DNA of 64,000 bases, taken from assembly GCA_021613535.1 (NCBI GenBank), contig CP075492.1:12090001-12154000 (forward strand), written 5' to 3'. The translations under genes were made by a program, and so were the position numbers. The stretch comes from Adineta vaga. Taxonomy: Eukaryota; Animalia; Rotifera. Shown here in pieces: positions 43,001 through 56,814 of the stretch. The first letter of the stretch is position 1. Each line of letters opens with the position of its first letter. A model generated the notes under the pieces. The model saw nothing but the letters and a program-made list of their open reading frames with translations. It did not search any database and was not told where the DNA came from.

Positions 43001-46000
43001 ATGCAGTTGATGATGGAGATTTACTTCGAAGAATATCCAGAAATATACGTTGCTGTTCATTATCATTCTATGATGAGAGAAATAAAAAAGAGAAAAAAAA
43101 ATTCTCTTTCGTGTACTAATTCATTCACTCATATAATCGGATTAGATCATATTCGTATTCAACGATATGCCCCTGGACAATTATTTGAAGGATTTTCAGT
43201 TATACTTTCAAGTATCCTATCTACAACTATTCTTACTTATTCATACAACTCATGTGTCTGTTTAAGCATCATCTCGTGAGTTGTATATATGAGCTATATT
43301 ATGCAATATGAATGTAGTAAACATACAAGAATCAATCATTCGCCGAGGATGATTTCTTAATAGTTCTCTCTCTCTCTCTCCTTCTTTCTTCTCTTATGTT
43401 CTCTTCTATTTGTCGTAACTTGTTCAAGAAAAAAAAATGATTTCATTCGGATGACTGCTACTGATAAAACATACAAGGATAAAAACTTTCAATAAATCAT
43501 TCTCAACGAATAGGAGTAGTACGTCTCTTCGAATTAATATTCATGAAAAGATGTTGTCCATTATCAATTGAAATTCTCTAGAGATTTGCTCTCTTTATTC
43601 GTTTACCTTCATTCTGCAAACATGTATGAACTACAAAATGCAATAATTTTTGACGTTCACTTAAGTTTGTTACAATTGCTTATCGATTATAAGTAACACA
43701 TCATATGAACTGCCCCCTCAACTTACTTCTCAATGTTCTCATTCTTATGTATTCTTTCTTTTCTTTCTTTTTTTTCCCCTCCATACAATTACGTTATTTA
43801 GTACGAATAACGCCTCTAAGTAAATCTCGGGCAGACAAGACAATCAAATCTCCAAATGAAAAAAAAAGCGAACGTGCCTCAAACAGATATCTCAATGCTC
43901 ATGATAGATTTGAATGGTATTTTAGCATTGAAGAAACGTGAAATAAAGAATCCATATCTATATTCTTCACATTTGCTCACCCAAGAACAATGTCTACGTA
44001 TATAGCTGTATATACAGTTGTCCGACCATGGCATATACTAATTCCATCCCGCAGAGGTTGAGAAGTTGTAAAAATAACGAGATAGAGAGAGCGAGAGAGA
44101 ATAACAGAAGAAGTAGAAGAGGAAGAAGAAAGAACATAGAAGGAAACTGAATAATGACAATGATCAAACAAGTCAAAGTAATACAGGATGTAATACATTT
44201 ACAATGAATGGACAATATGGGTACGCACGAAGCAAAACAATGTCCCCTCGAGTGTCTTTCATCATAATGACCAACTGCTTGAAACAAAGACAGACATGAG
44301 ACATATTATCCAAGGAATTCTAATACACCCGAATCAATGACACTCAACATGTACATTGTAAATATCTGAACTAATTACTAACTCTTTTTCTTTGTCTCAT
44401 AGTAAAATAATTCATTCAGAAAATCGATTAAAACTAATGACATGAAATTGTCTGATCGAAGATTTCTCTTGAGTCTATTTACCTTTGAATATTTGTTGTG
44501 CATATGATTATTATTATTATCAACTTCTAAATATTCATCTTCTTTAACAGATTGTAATGGTTTCGAGTAACCATTGGTAATGGTATTTAAACATTTTTGA
44601 TTATTATATAAGATAGCTGTTTCAATATCATAGACTGATTTCGATGGTTTTTCATTGATATCATTTTTCATCTGTGGTACTAATCCATGTGCTGCTATTG
44701 ATGATGATGATGATGATACAATTGTTCTTGAATCTTGACGAAATGAATTAGACGGTGTAGTTGATCGCGATGACATTGATGACAGGGTTGTACTAGCAAC
44801 ACTACGTGATGAGTCTGTTCGAACTGGTATCGTTGGTCGTTGTTGTTGACGTGTAGAAACAAATTCTTTTGTATACATCACTGGTTTTACTTTTGATGAT
44901 GTTTCTGCATAGATATTCTTTCGTTCAAGTTCAGACAAATCGATTATTGGATGTTTTGATGATTGAAGTGACTTCATATTTTCGTACGATTTGATTCGAT
45001 CATAATCATCTGCTTCATTAGGTTTTGTCTGACGAGTTATTGTATTTGTTGGAGATTCTGTAGCTAAGAAAAAAAATTAAACAAAAAATAGATTAGAAAA
45101 AGATTCTTCACTATTTCTTCTTGATTGATATTTATTTGAATGATTCTTTTTTTTATTTAAACTACTAAAAGATCTCGTTTTTTTCTTCTTCTTCTGCTTC
45201 TACTTCGATTATATATTAAAGTTCAAGTATACAGCTGTGAGAAGATAAATTTCTTAACTGAGAAATACTCAATGAATCATAGAGAAAAAAATTAATTTTG
45301 ACATCTTACATAACTTAGATATAATCTCCTCTTATTGTATATATTATTCTTAACTAGAAAAGGTCAATGCTCAGTTATCGAAATATATAGATTCTGATCT
45401 ATTTGAATAACAACAACTGTAACAGCAGCAAAGAATCTTATTCAAGGTAAGTACAGATGTTAAAACAATTTTCTCATCGAATTCAATAACGTTAACATCA
45501 TCATTTGTTCACCTACTGTGAGATCTATAAATATAAAAGAAACAAGTGAATTCTTTCTAGCCTACTGTTCTTTCGGAGGTCATTGATATGCATAAGAATT
45601 AGAAATAGAATTGAATCAAAGAGAGAAAAAAAGGATTGACTCAAAATGAAGTCAAACTTTATTGATTAAGTATAACGTTGGACTACGGTCATCGAAATGC
45701 GATACCTACGCATGCAAAGAACGCATTCTTCGATTATATAACATCAACGAAAAAAGAAAAAAAGAACCCGTACGAGTTAATCAACAAATACCTACTTTCA
45801 TATGTTTGTTTAACTATCCAATGCCAAACACGATCATAGACTTTTCTCATCGAATCAATATTACTGCTATTCATTGCGAATAACGTTTTTTTTCTGTTTT
45901 ATGTATCGAACTTACACTTTGTATGTTTTAAATTGTTGGTTCTTTTTTTCCTTCTCTTTTAGTTTGTTTAAGCGAAAGGAAAATGTCAAAGTGGCAATGA

Positions 46001-46757
46001 ACAGAGAAACAAAGAGAACCAAATACTCATTCGTTTTTTTTCTTTTCATTTAATCAATCCAATATAAAGAAGAATGTTGAATATACACATCGAAGTATAG
46101 TTTCTAGATCTTAGTCATCTATCCTTGGTAAACAAAAAGGTTATTTATCTTATCCTATGAACATAACTATTCAAGACATGTGTTTATCCGAGAGTGATGT
46201 ACAATATATAAATATCATCGAACCGTTTTCACTCAATTATTCAATAGTAGATTGATCCATCCAAGTTTTTTTATTAGTTACAGTTATATCAACAATGATC
46301 ATTATCTCATATGTAGTCAATCAAATGTTTGATCTCGTTCTCAAGGTGAACAATGTGAAATTGAATGTAATGATATAATAGATTTCGTTTTTTTTTCTTT
46401 CTCAATCGATTGTATGAAACAGATGTTCAATGTGTCGTCTATACCGAAGAGAGAGAAAAAAATGAAGGAATGGCACTTTAAATTGACGTCATTGAAATAT
46501 ACAATACATATTCATTCGTTCATTGTTCTATAAATGTAATAACCGAAGATAATGATGATGGTATTTGAAGACGAAAAAAGAAATATGTTCAAGGATGTAA
46601 GAAAAGAAGAAGTCAATTTGAACTTCAATTGATTTCACTATAGTAAGAAAAAAGAAAATCATTCTCTACCTGCTGATAGACAACTGATGCGTCCATGTGA
46701 AAGAAGATTTTCTAAAGATCGTGTTAACGAAAATCGATCAGCCCAGTTTGACCACAT
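40068..46757 (-). CDS. SRCIN1/KIAA1217 (sickle tail)-like AIP3-domain coiled-coil adaptor, multi-exon; possible alternative first exons at ~49.8 and ~43.6 kb
   Basis: LGLCFLICGNETRKVLLPANISCMDTLKALFVRAFPQHLTM...IYIRESDKDIFYQLEDVNDVKDRSILKI, followed by MEKQLESLTELVK and coiled coil. First exon MWSNWADRF... splices in frame to the exon at 45063. Confidence 0.82.
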
Positions 46758-49134
46758 AACGATGAAATAAAAATGAATAATATTCTACTACACTATATTG
46801 TATTTGATTTCTTATCTAGTCCTTTTTTTTCTATCTTATTTTACTCATATATGTATCTATCACAGTTCAACTTGTTCTTTCTTTCTCGCTCTTTCTTTTT
46901 TTTCTTCTTTCTGTTGAGATTCTAATCAATTAAAGTCGTTATATCACAATTACTAGAAACGATATAGTATTGGTGCATGTTATGTTACCTGTGAACATAT
47001 TCACTTTACAAATTGACCGGAAAGTTATGAATAAAGAGGAAAAAACCGCAGCCTATACGTTGATGATCTTATACATATCATATGTAACAATGAACGACAT
47101 CTTCCTATTATTTTGTTTATAGAAGAAGAAGAAGAAGAAGAAGTTTAAACAAAATAAACAAATAAAAATTATTGATGATTCTCATTTATTCTCGAATAAA
47201 AGACTGTTTACAGCTGTCGGAAAATTGACAATAACTCATTAGATTTTAATGGAATCTAAAACAGATTTTTTGTTTCTTCGAATCGAAAGAAAAATCATCG
47301 GATGTTAATGTCTCATCTACTCTGTTTGAGAAGAAGAAGAAAAACGAGAATGTCTTTTTATTGAACTTCCGTCTGTCAACAGATCAATCAAGCGTATGAC
47401 ATAAAAAACTGTTCTATGTCAAAATGTCATCTTCTACTCGCGCTTGAAGAAAAACAAAGTAAAACCTAGCAACTATTCAAGGATAATTTAATCATCAATC
47501 TGTCTATGATGTCAAATCATATTTTTTAAAAAACCCCATTATCTTGCTTTATTCATTGATGAAAACGGCGATGAATTTAAATATTTTGAATTCTAAGAAA
47601 TATGAATGAGTTTCAGAAGAAATTAGGTTGATATTGAATGATTTCGACGTGTTCAAATTTGTTTATCAAATGAACAAATCTGATAAGTCAAAACGATACA
47701 TAGTTCATTTTCAAATATACCTCAATCTTTTCTTGATGAAGGTCAATAGATAACGAAGGAAAAAAAGACTGAAACTTAGCAATGTAAACAATGTCATCAT
47801 TTATGAACATATGTCGAAATTAATTCTTACACACATAAATGAGTACGGTGATGGTACACATCTGCTGAAGTTAATTACGGACATATATATATATATATAT
47901 ATGAAAGACAATCTGTACACTTCATTGTGTTCTAAATAGCTACAACGTTTGTCCTAGAGAATCATGTAGTAATTCTTTGTTATTGACGTGAGGAATATCG
48001 GTTATGACAGTAGAATAGAATAATTAGGGAAATAAATAATTGAATGAGTAGTTCTTGAAGGTGCTTCGAAATTCTATGATGTAATCTATATTTGTCACAG
48101 CATGTATATTAAATATAGTGACAAACACATGCATATATACAAGAATATGATAATGACAACGAATGTGTTGAAGTACGGTGAACGACATTCGAAGGCATAT
48201 GTTCATTAGTATGATATGAACGAAAGATTCTTTGATTAAATTTCGTAATATAGATCGATTCAACAGCATCCGTATACCGTTGCTTTCATGAATGGAAGAA
48301 AGAAAAGATAAGAGCTAATGTCTATATATATATACGTATATATATATAATTGAATGATTATATTATACTTTTGTTATATAAGAATAGTTTACACTAATGT
48401 GTGAAAATTCAATGTTTATATATATATGTGTTGGTTTTAAACAGTCTACTACTCACGATGTTGAATTGTTTGAAGATGTTTTTGAACTTTCGAATCAGAA
48501 ATACCCATTGTTAGATAATATTGTAATTAAATTTTGAAGAGAAGAAAAACTAACACTTCGACCGTGTCTTAATGTGTTAATCTAGAAAGAAGAGAAGAAG
48601 TGTGATGATGACCATAGATTTGTCTTGGTACAATTAATTATAAACAAAAAACCGCAATCAATAATTACGTGCTTGATCCTCAGATTACAAGACCAACATT
48701 TACGTATGCATTTCACTGTACCTACCGTGTAATAAAAAAAAGGAAGCTTTAATCGATTGATTTTGTATATGATAGACGAACGATGAAAGTGAGATAAAAT
48801 AAAGAAGACAAACTAGTGACGATGACATCTGAGAAATGCATACAAGGTTTTTTTTTTCTGTGTCGTGCACACTCTTGCATGCTTCATCAGATGTCGAAGG
48901 TTAAAAGAGAGGAAGATCAAGAGAGAAAGCGAGAAAGAAAGTATATTTGTAAACTGATGGAAACAAAAAAATACCAGTAATTGAACATATGTGTATCATC
49001 GATCATGGAAAGAAAATATAAACGAACGAACAAAAAGAAAGAAGACATAAGATTAATAATGTTTTCTTAATATTTCAATCTATCAATGTTGAAAAAAGAA
49101 TTCTGTCTTTCAAGAAAGTAGAGACCATATCGAT

Positions 49135-49155
49135 TCACACACACACACACACACA
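49135..49155. repeat. (AC)n microsatellite
   Basis: Visible dinucleotide run. Confidence 0.85.
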
Positions 49156-50881
49156 TTTACTCTTCTTATAGTATTCTACCATGAAAATTGTATATTTACA
49201 GTTGATTCGTAATTGAATTAGTTCTTTCTTCAAGTATATACTTCTTTTCTTTTTCTTTCTCTCTTTTTTTTTGTTTCAATGTTCTATTCAGAAGAGAAGA
49301 ACCGTGTTTAATAGAACTATTTGATTTTTTTCTTCTTCTTCTTCTTCTTCTTACTTCTCTAACACCTCAGTTAGGAATATGATGCCCATATGTACGGTTA
49401 TTTAATCATATACATACACTTTTGATTATGTCTGGAACTGAATGAACGACAAAGACAAATATTATGTTGTGTCACAAACTCAATTATTGCTGATTATTTC
49501 TTTTCTAACCAGATGATAAAAAAGAATAGAGGCTTTGTTTTTTCTTTCAAGTATTCTACCTGAAAAAGATTTAATTAAAAAGTTCATGTTTATATCAACA
49601 TGAATAATCTGATTTATCTATTAAATAAACCATAAAAATGATTGTGAACAAAGTTAATGATATTAGTATGATTTCTGTCAATGCCACATACATGTGAACG
49701 ATATGATTCGATTAAATAAACGACAAGGATAAAAGAAAGTCTCAATCTGAATTACTAGACAGTAAAGAAAATTAAGGACAAACTTACTCATTTGAATCGA
49801 ATACGCGCATAACTAATTGTCTTGCTATTGTTATTATTATTATGTTGAATTGTAAGCTTACATAATAGATATTATGATTTGGATAACATTAATCTTCTTC
49901 TGCTTCTTTTTTCTGTCAAAATGTTCACTTACGTCTTTCAGATGTGAAAAAATACGCAAGTGATGTAGTTATATATATATATATATGTATTGTCAATCAT
50001 TAGATGGGTTGTATGTTGTTTTTCTTTCGCTCATTTGTATTGCTTCTATAATCTCTCTCTAGATTGTTTATCGACGATTCCAATCCCCTAGTGTGAATGA
50101 TTATAGAACAAAACTAGCACAAGAACAATCTAATCTCATTGAAATCGTTCTCAATAGAGTAACTGATCCGGAAATGGCTTCTATTTTTTTATTCTAATAT
50201 CAACTAATTTTTTATGCATAATAGTGTCTCTGGATAGATGATGATTATTGCATCAGTATTATGCAGTTACTCAGGTTGAAATAACATTTATATCTTAATC
50301 GAGAAAAATTCAGTATCGTATTCTTCTGTTATCAACTAGATGAATGCAGTATAATTCAGATAAAACTCTTTGAATTATGGTCCTTCTCGAATATGCTATG
50401 TCAAAATGATTATTTCCTGTCTTCAAATATCTGTTAAGGTTACTTCATATGATTGAAATTTGACAGCTGAATATACACATGTGATGATAAGTGAAAGAAG
50501 GCAGTTTGATGAATAAGAAAATCAAAATTTCATCGGATATCTTTCTCGCGCAATTATGGATTGAGAATGTCTTTGTATTTATCGGTATAGAAGACAATAT
50601 CAAGTGTAGTCATTTGTATAAAATCAACCATAGTTATGAGAGAAATTATATTCAAAAGGACTTAATATATTCAAGTCTATTGTATAGTTAATTTATATAT
50701 CATTAGCATGCAATATGATCTTTTTCCTAGTCAAGGTTAGAACATCATGACTTGATGGTTAATAAATATTCCTTGACTGTCACAGTACTGTTTGAAAGAG
50801 TTTACTCAAGGCAAGTTGATTATATTTATCTTGGAAAAGAAAATAAAGCAACATAAAAGAATAAATAGTTGTTTAATCATT

Positions 50882-51018
50882 TTTCTCATAATAAATTCTA
50901 TTAAATCTTTATAACTATGAAGAATCGAGATTTTAAGAATTCTATACACATCAATAACAATATGCATGAATAAGCTCCTGGTTATTAAGAATTATTTATT
51001 AGAATTTATTTTAAGAAA
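50882..51018. mobile_element. Foldback/MITE-like element with ~35-bp imperfect terminal inverted repeats
   Basis: Left arm tttctcataataaattctattaaatctttataac aligns with the reverse complement of the right arm (tttcttaaaataaattctaataaataattcttaataac), including 11 identical nt (aataaattcta). Confidence 0.45.
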
Positions 51019-51365
51019 GTGATTTTCTGAAACATCAGTTAAAGATAATATATTTCAAATTTCTTCTGTTCATCTATATAATTAGCAAAAAAAAGCAAGA
51101 AAAACGCTGGTATTCAAAATTATTCAAACGAATAAATTCGAATACGAACGCGTCTGTTCGTTCACTTGAAATATATATTGAAACTAAACGCCCTATATTC
51201 TACTGCGAAGGCTATATTTACATTTTATGTACAATGGAGATAGTGAATTTCTTTCTTTTTCTTTCATCTCATATAACATTCTAAGTGTTGAATGATTGTA
51301 AACATCATAACGTGATCTTTTTCTCATTCACTTTTATTTCAGATCTACTGAATTTTCAAAATAAT

Positions 51366-52311
51366 ATGAGCGATCAAAGTGAGTATTGTATGTTTTGAAT
51401 AGTATTTGTACAAAAACTATTCGATTTAGTTTTAAAAAATGAACGAGTCTGCTCAATATTTTTTAGCTTTGGATGTTCTTGGTAAAGTAAAATATATATT
51501 GTCTTTAATTCCAGCATCAGCAACATTAAAACAAAAATTAGAATCAATTCTTACTCAATACAATAACCGTGATGACGAGGATACCTTGGAAATGTTAATC
51601 GTGAGAGCTTATGACTTGATCGTGTACAATCAAGAATTATTATCAAAATCTGACACAATGTATCAGCATTCGGAATCAAATACGAAGTGTATGAAGCAAA
51701 TTTCAATTCAACGTTTATTAAATGATACTTTTGATGACCTTGATGGTCTATTCGCTGAATATATTAAGGAATCAGATCATTTTGTTGCATTCGATGATGT
51801 GAAAAAGAAATTACGCTAATTATTTAATCATTTAGAAGAAAGAATTTGCACTTTAGAAAAGCAAGTCGAGGTAATACAATCTCATGCTTCGAATTTAAAA
51901 AAAATTGAAAAAAATGCAAACTTTATTCAAATGGGTAATATTGCAACACAACTTCGAAATAAAATGGTTCGCTACATAAAACCATCTTTGTCAAAGCGAG
52001 CAGCTCGAGATGAATATCTTTATGCATTAAATGGTGAAGGAAAATTTTCAAATTTAACCGCTCTTATTCAAACATATAATGCAAGTCTCACCGTATTCGA
52101 TCTTCCTGGTTCGATAAATGCATTAACCAAAGAACGTGCTGATAAAGCACATGACGAACCACCATTATCATCTGATCAAATTGATTCTATTGCTGCAGAA
52201 TTTATTTCCAATACAGATGAATATTTAGGTGAACAAGCAACGACGGTCATTTTTTTTTTAAAAGTTTTAGCAGAGCAACTTCATGAACCACTCATTGTAA
52301 CTTTAAAATGA
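51366..52311 (+). pseudogene. Pseudogene of an unrecognised (probably lineage-specific) helical/coiled-coil protein
   Basis: ORFs 51439-51819 and 51931-52311 are in one frame, separated only by TAA at 51817-51819. The putative exon 1 (ATG AGC GAT CAA A|gt) is out of frame by one extra A in the homopolymer after the acceptor at 51429. Confidence 0.7.
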
Positions 52312-52420
52312 TATGATTATAAATAAAACATCTTGAACAAAAAATATTTTCTCTTTTTTTTTGTCATCAACTATAGAATCAGTAACATGATTTTTTTACA
52401 TTCATCTTTGACAATTCTCA

Positions 52421-54286
52421 ATGGATTCTAATGATCATATGAGTTGTCCTTTAGTCATCAATGATTTCGCTTTCCAATCTGTGGATATGTTAGTAGCGAA
52501 TAGATTTCCAGTCGAAAAAGATGTTAAATTAGCTAAACAACGTCAAGAACAATTAATTAAACGGGTTCACGTATCATTGATAGTTCTTTTCTTATTAAAT
52601 ACAAATTAATTGTCTTCATTTATTAGGAAGCAGATATTTTAATTGTGCGGAGTGCAACCAAAGTAACAAGTGCTGTTATCGAAGGATCACCTCGTTTGAA
52701 ATTAATCGGACGAGCTGGAACTGGAACAGATGATATCGATACAGATACAGCAATTCGTCATGGAATTCTTGTCATGAAGTTTGTACTATCATTTCCTTCG
52801 CTTTTTTTTCATATTTATCTTCACAATTTAGTACTCCTGGTGGAAATACACTTTCAGCAGCTGAACCTACTTGTGCTTTGATTTGTTTCCTATCTCGAAG
52901 TATTCCAAATGCTTGCGCATCGTTGAAATCAGGTATTTGGCAACGATCAATATTTATGGGTGAAGAATTAAATGGTAAAACATGAGCAACTATTGGTTCA
53001 GGAAGAATTGGAGGTGAAGTAGCTAAACAAATGCAATCATTTAATATGAATGTTAGATATTAAATAAATCGATATTAAAGATAATAGTTTTTTAAAATCA
53101 TTTAGACCATTGGTTAGGATCCAGTCATTACTGCGGAACAAAGTTTAACATTTGGAGTAGAATTCTTTGAATTAAATGATCTTTGGCCATTAGCAGATTA
53201 TACCACTGTTCATGTTCCATTGATGCAAGAAACTCATCGTAAGTTAATTTGTTCAAGAAATATATCTTTGTATGTTATTTGTTTTCATATAATTACATAG
53301 ATTTAATCAATAAGGAAGCTTTATCAGAATGTAGGAAAGGTGTTAAATTAGTGAATATTGCTCGTGGTGGAATTATTGATGAAGCAGCACCTCTTGATTC
53401 ACTCAATTCTGGTCATTGCGGTGGTGCTGCTTTGGATGTTTTTGAAGAAGAATCACCAACTGATTTAAAACTTATTCAACATTCTGGTGTAATTATTACG
53501 CCACATTTAGGTGCGAATACATGTGAAGCACAAAAACGTGTTGCTATTGAATTAGCACAACAAATTATTGATTTTAAACAAGACCATTCATTAATTGGAG
53601 TAGTCAATGGATCAGCTTTTACACCACGATTTGGTCAAGGAAATCGACCTATTCTATTACTTAGTAAACGATTAGAACAAATTATTAGTGCATCATCTTC
53701 ATCAACACCTCAACATATATCCCTTTCATTTAATCGTAAGTTGGGATTTTTATTGTTTAGATAAATAGTTTTCTTTTTCTTTGTTTTAGATGCAGTTTCA
53801 AGTCATTTATTTCAAGCACTTTCCATCTATTTCTCTTATGGATATTTACAAGAACAAGGAAATAAACGTGTTAATTTTGTCAATGCTCGTCATTCATTTG
53901 AAGTTGAAGTATGCGAGATATTTTCGAAGAATCTCGTTTTCAATCGATTTTTCTATTTGTAGATGGACATGGTAGTTGATAAGAATCAAGAATTGAATAA
54001 TGTATTAGTTGTTCGTGTGACAAGCGATAATGAAATTAAAGTATTATCCGGTATCGTTTGTGGTGATCATCTTTGGTTAGATAGTGTGAATCAATGTCGT
54101 TTCATTGCTCATGTTCCACTTGATGATGAGAAAACTCATGTCGTCGTTCAACCAATAAAAGGATCATTTGTAGATCATCTTCGTGATAATACATCAAAGT
54201 ATCAAAGTCGTATATCGGCTGTATTTGATACCATTTCACAAACAGGAAACAATCAAGATCAACGATCGTGTGCATTACTTTTATAA
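52421..54286 (+). pseudogene. PHGDH: D-3-phosphoglycerate dehydrogenase pseudogene (introns retained)
   Basis: [56 protein letters not shown]. In-frame stops TGA 52983-52985 (GKT*) and TAG 53115-53117 (IG*DP); substitutions at conserved sites (DNID->DDID, AEH->AEP, GLGRIG->GSGRIG, EAAL->EAAP). Confidence 0.9.
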
Positions 54287-55300
54287 GAGAATGAATAGGA
54301 ACATTAGAAAAGGATGCTTTTTTCCAAAGCTTTTTAAATGATAATAGAGATTAGTATAGAATGTGTTGTTTGTTCGATCTTTAAACTCAATCAAATCTTT
54401 ATTCTTCAATAGTGCCTAATTTAGTTTCTTTATTTTACTAAATATGATTTAATACGGCATCGATTATTGAGCAATCTCTCACCCTTCCGTTTGGAACTTA
54501 AAATACGTTCTTATTGTTGTTATGTTTGAATGTAAGACAGAATTATTTTCAATAAAAAGGGAATATTAATCAAACAAATAGTTTTGCCAACACTCATATC
54601 TGTTATTAACATGTTGCATATATCAATGTCTATTTTAGAATGTGAACAAAGTCGAGCACATAATGTAATTGTTTGATTGGTACATCCGTAAGAACTATTG
54701 TCGTTTGTTCTTTTTAGTATTATCATTACTATGCTACGAAATTGGAAAACTAAGGTATCGGACAAACGACCATTTATTCGTTTTCATAAAAAAATATTTG
54801 TTGTTGATGAAACGCTCTAATCACAACAACGGCATAGACATTAATGAACATTCCAAACTCCATCTTGAAGGGAAAAAAGAAGATTTTTTCGTTACAGACA
54901 AGTGAGCATACATATGAAATCATTATTGAAAGGTTTTTATGCGAACACATACAAAAAGAAAATTGTATAGAAATTTTAACGTGTGGAATCCGATCCGAAA
55001 GTGAGTACTTCTATATAACAAAAATATTCTCATTTTCTTCTTCATAAATATCATTGATTTTGGATCGTAATTAGATCAATATCAGTTTAAAAGGGTTTAA
55101 AGTACTAAATCAATTGCAATGTTCAACGTAAAACCAGTCTATTGTTTTTATTTCTTTGTTAAATCCATATGAATCTTGAAGGAAAAAAAAGAATTAACTA
55201 TGCAGTTGTATCTGCTAATCTAAATAGAAATCCATACTTTTCCAAGGAAATGAAAGTTATATGGACGAAGCAACATGCGTAATGAATAAAAATGTGTTTG

Positions 55301-55779
55301 TTAAGTACTAGTAAATGTTTTTTCCATGTTTTCCATGTGATCTTCCATTTTATTGAAAGATTCCATTAGTTGAACAAAGGAGCCTTTGACTTGAATAAAA
55401 GAGCCTTTGATCTGAATAAAGACTTCTTTTATTTTCTTCAAATGTTCATTGTTTCTTCTCTGAAGAGCTGTATATTCAGATTTCATATTAAGAATTGTGT
55501 CATTTAATGTTGAATTTTGTTCTCGTAAGGTTGAAATTTCCAATATTAATTTTTCAATTTGTTCTTTGTTTGATGCAGCTTCAAGAAGTCGAGCGTTGTT
55601 ACTTTGTTTCAGTGAATGAATTTCTTGTTGCATCACCTGGATTTGCGCGAGCTAAAATAAATAGAAAGTTTGTTAAACAGTTATCATGTCTCATGATATA
55701 AATCGTAGTTTGAACTCACGAAAGAAGAACGTTTAAAGTGACGTTCTGAAACATCATTACCCTTATTGATTTTGCACAT
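55301..55779 (-). CDS. Small orphan coiled-coil protein, two exons (~135 aa)
   Basis: MCKINKGNDVSERHFKRSSF spliced (gtgag...ttttag) to LAQIQVMQQEIHSLKQ..., heptad-rich, with internal repeats FIQIKGS/FIQVKGS/FVQLMES; TATATAA ~75 bp upstream. Confidence 0.6.
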
Positions 55780-56814
55780 TTCGCAAAGCAAACAAAACAA
55801 AAGTTCGATTTTTATGAGAAATTATATGACCACAAGTTGCAGATATGATACTGCTTATATAAAAAGCGGATGAACGAACAAATCATTTTTCAAGTTGAGC
55901 TTTAACCTTTTCTTGTTGCCTTTGTTTGTTTGAACAAAGAAGAAGGAAAATACGTCAGGTACGCACGGCGGACGATAGAAAGAAGGAGATACTCAGGCAA
56001 CAGTTAGAAAAAACTATTCACAACCGATAGGTTGAAAAAATTACTTACTGCTGTTACTTCATCTTTTTCAGTCCGCTAAAATTTTATGAAAAAGAACAAT
56101 CAATAAATTTGGAATGTATCACTAGTTCAACTTACCTCGATGTCGTATTGATTATCCAAACAAAACCACCTTGTAATTCGCCTGTAGTAGATGATGTTTG
56201 CGCCATGATGAAATTCCGGCGTGAAGTTGAAATTAAACGCGTATCTTGATGAATAGCATTTTGCGATTATGCATCAGAACTACGGCGGTCATTTTTACTT
56301 CGAGAAAAGAGAGCTTTCATTCTATAAAACATGATATGAAAGAGATTGGTTAAAAGTAATATATAACATGGATGAAAATGTAAATCCTTCAGAAATCGCA
56401 GTAAACATTCGACATTTTTTAATCATCAATCTATATTCAAAATTAGAATTTCTATCTTCCAGCAGTTTTCCTCAATCATATGAAAAACATCATAATCCAT
56501 ATATCAGTAGATTTAGATATCGATCCCGACCAAAACAAAAGAAAAAGAAACGTCGCCCACTATTATTGTAAAATGACGATGATTTTAAATCACAAACGAA
56601 TTCGAATCGAACGAATTATATAACCAATAAAAAGTTTGAACGACTTCTGTTAGTTTAGTAGATAAAATACGACCACGATATCTATCTATTTGAATGACAA
56701 TTAGAACAATATAAATTCTAAGTAAAATTCAATCAGGTGGATAAAGATTGTTTGTCTAATCAATAAAAATCTGATTATTCACAAAATGAAAAAGTAAAAA
56801 TTGCTGAATAATGG

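Noticed and set aside
48323-48348. Perfect 26-bp palindrome
   Set aside because: A (TA)n microsatellite with a central CG.
48824-48895. Hammerhead ribozyme on the - strand (CUGAUGA...stem...CGACAC); a similar partial core at ~26890-26920 (-)
   Set aside because: The GAAA core is mutated and stem I does not follow an NUH site; the simple hairpin explains the sequence better.
52983-52985. Selenocysteine or readthrough at the PHGDH TGA
   Set aside because: The position is a conserved Leu, and a second stop (TAG) and other lesions indicate pseudogenisation.
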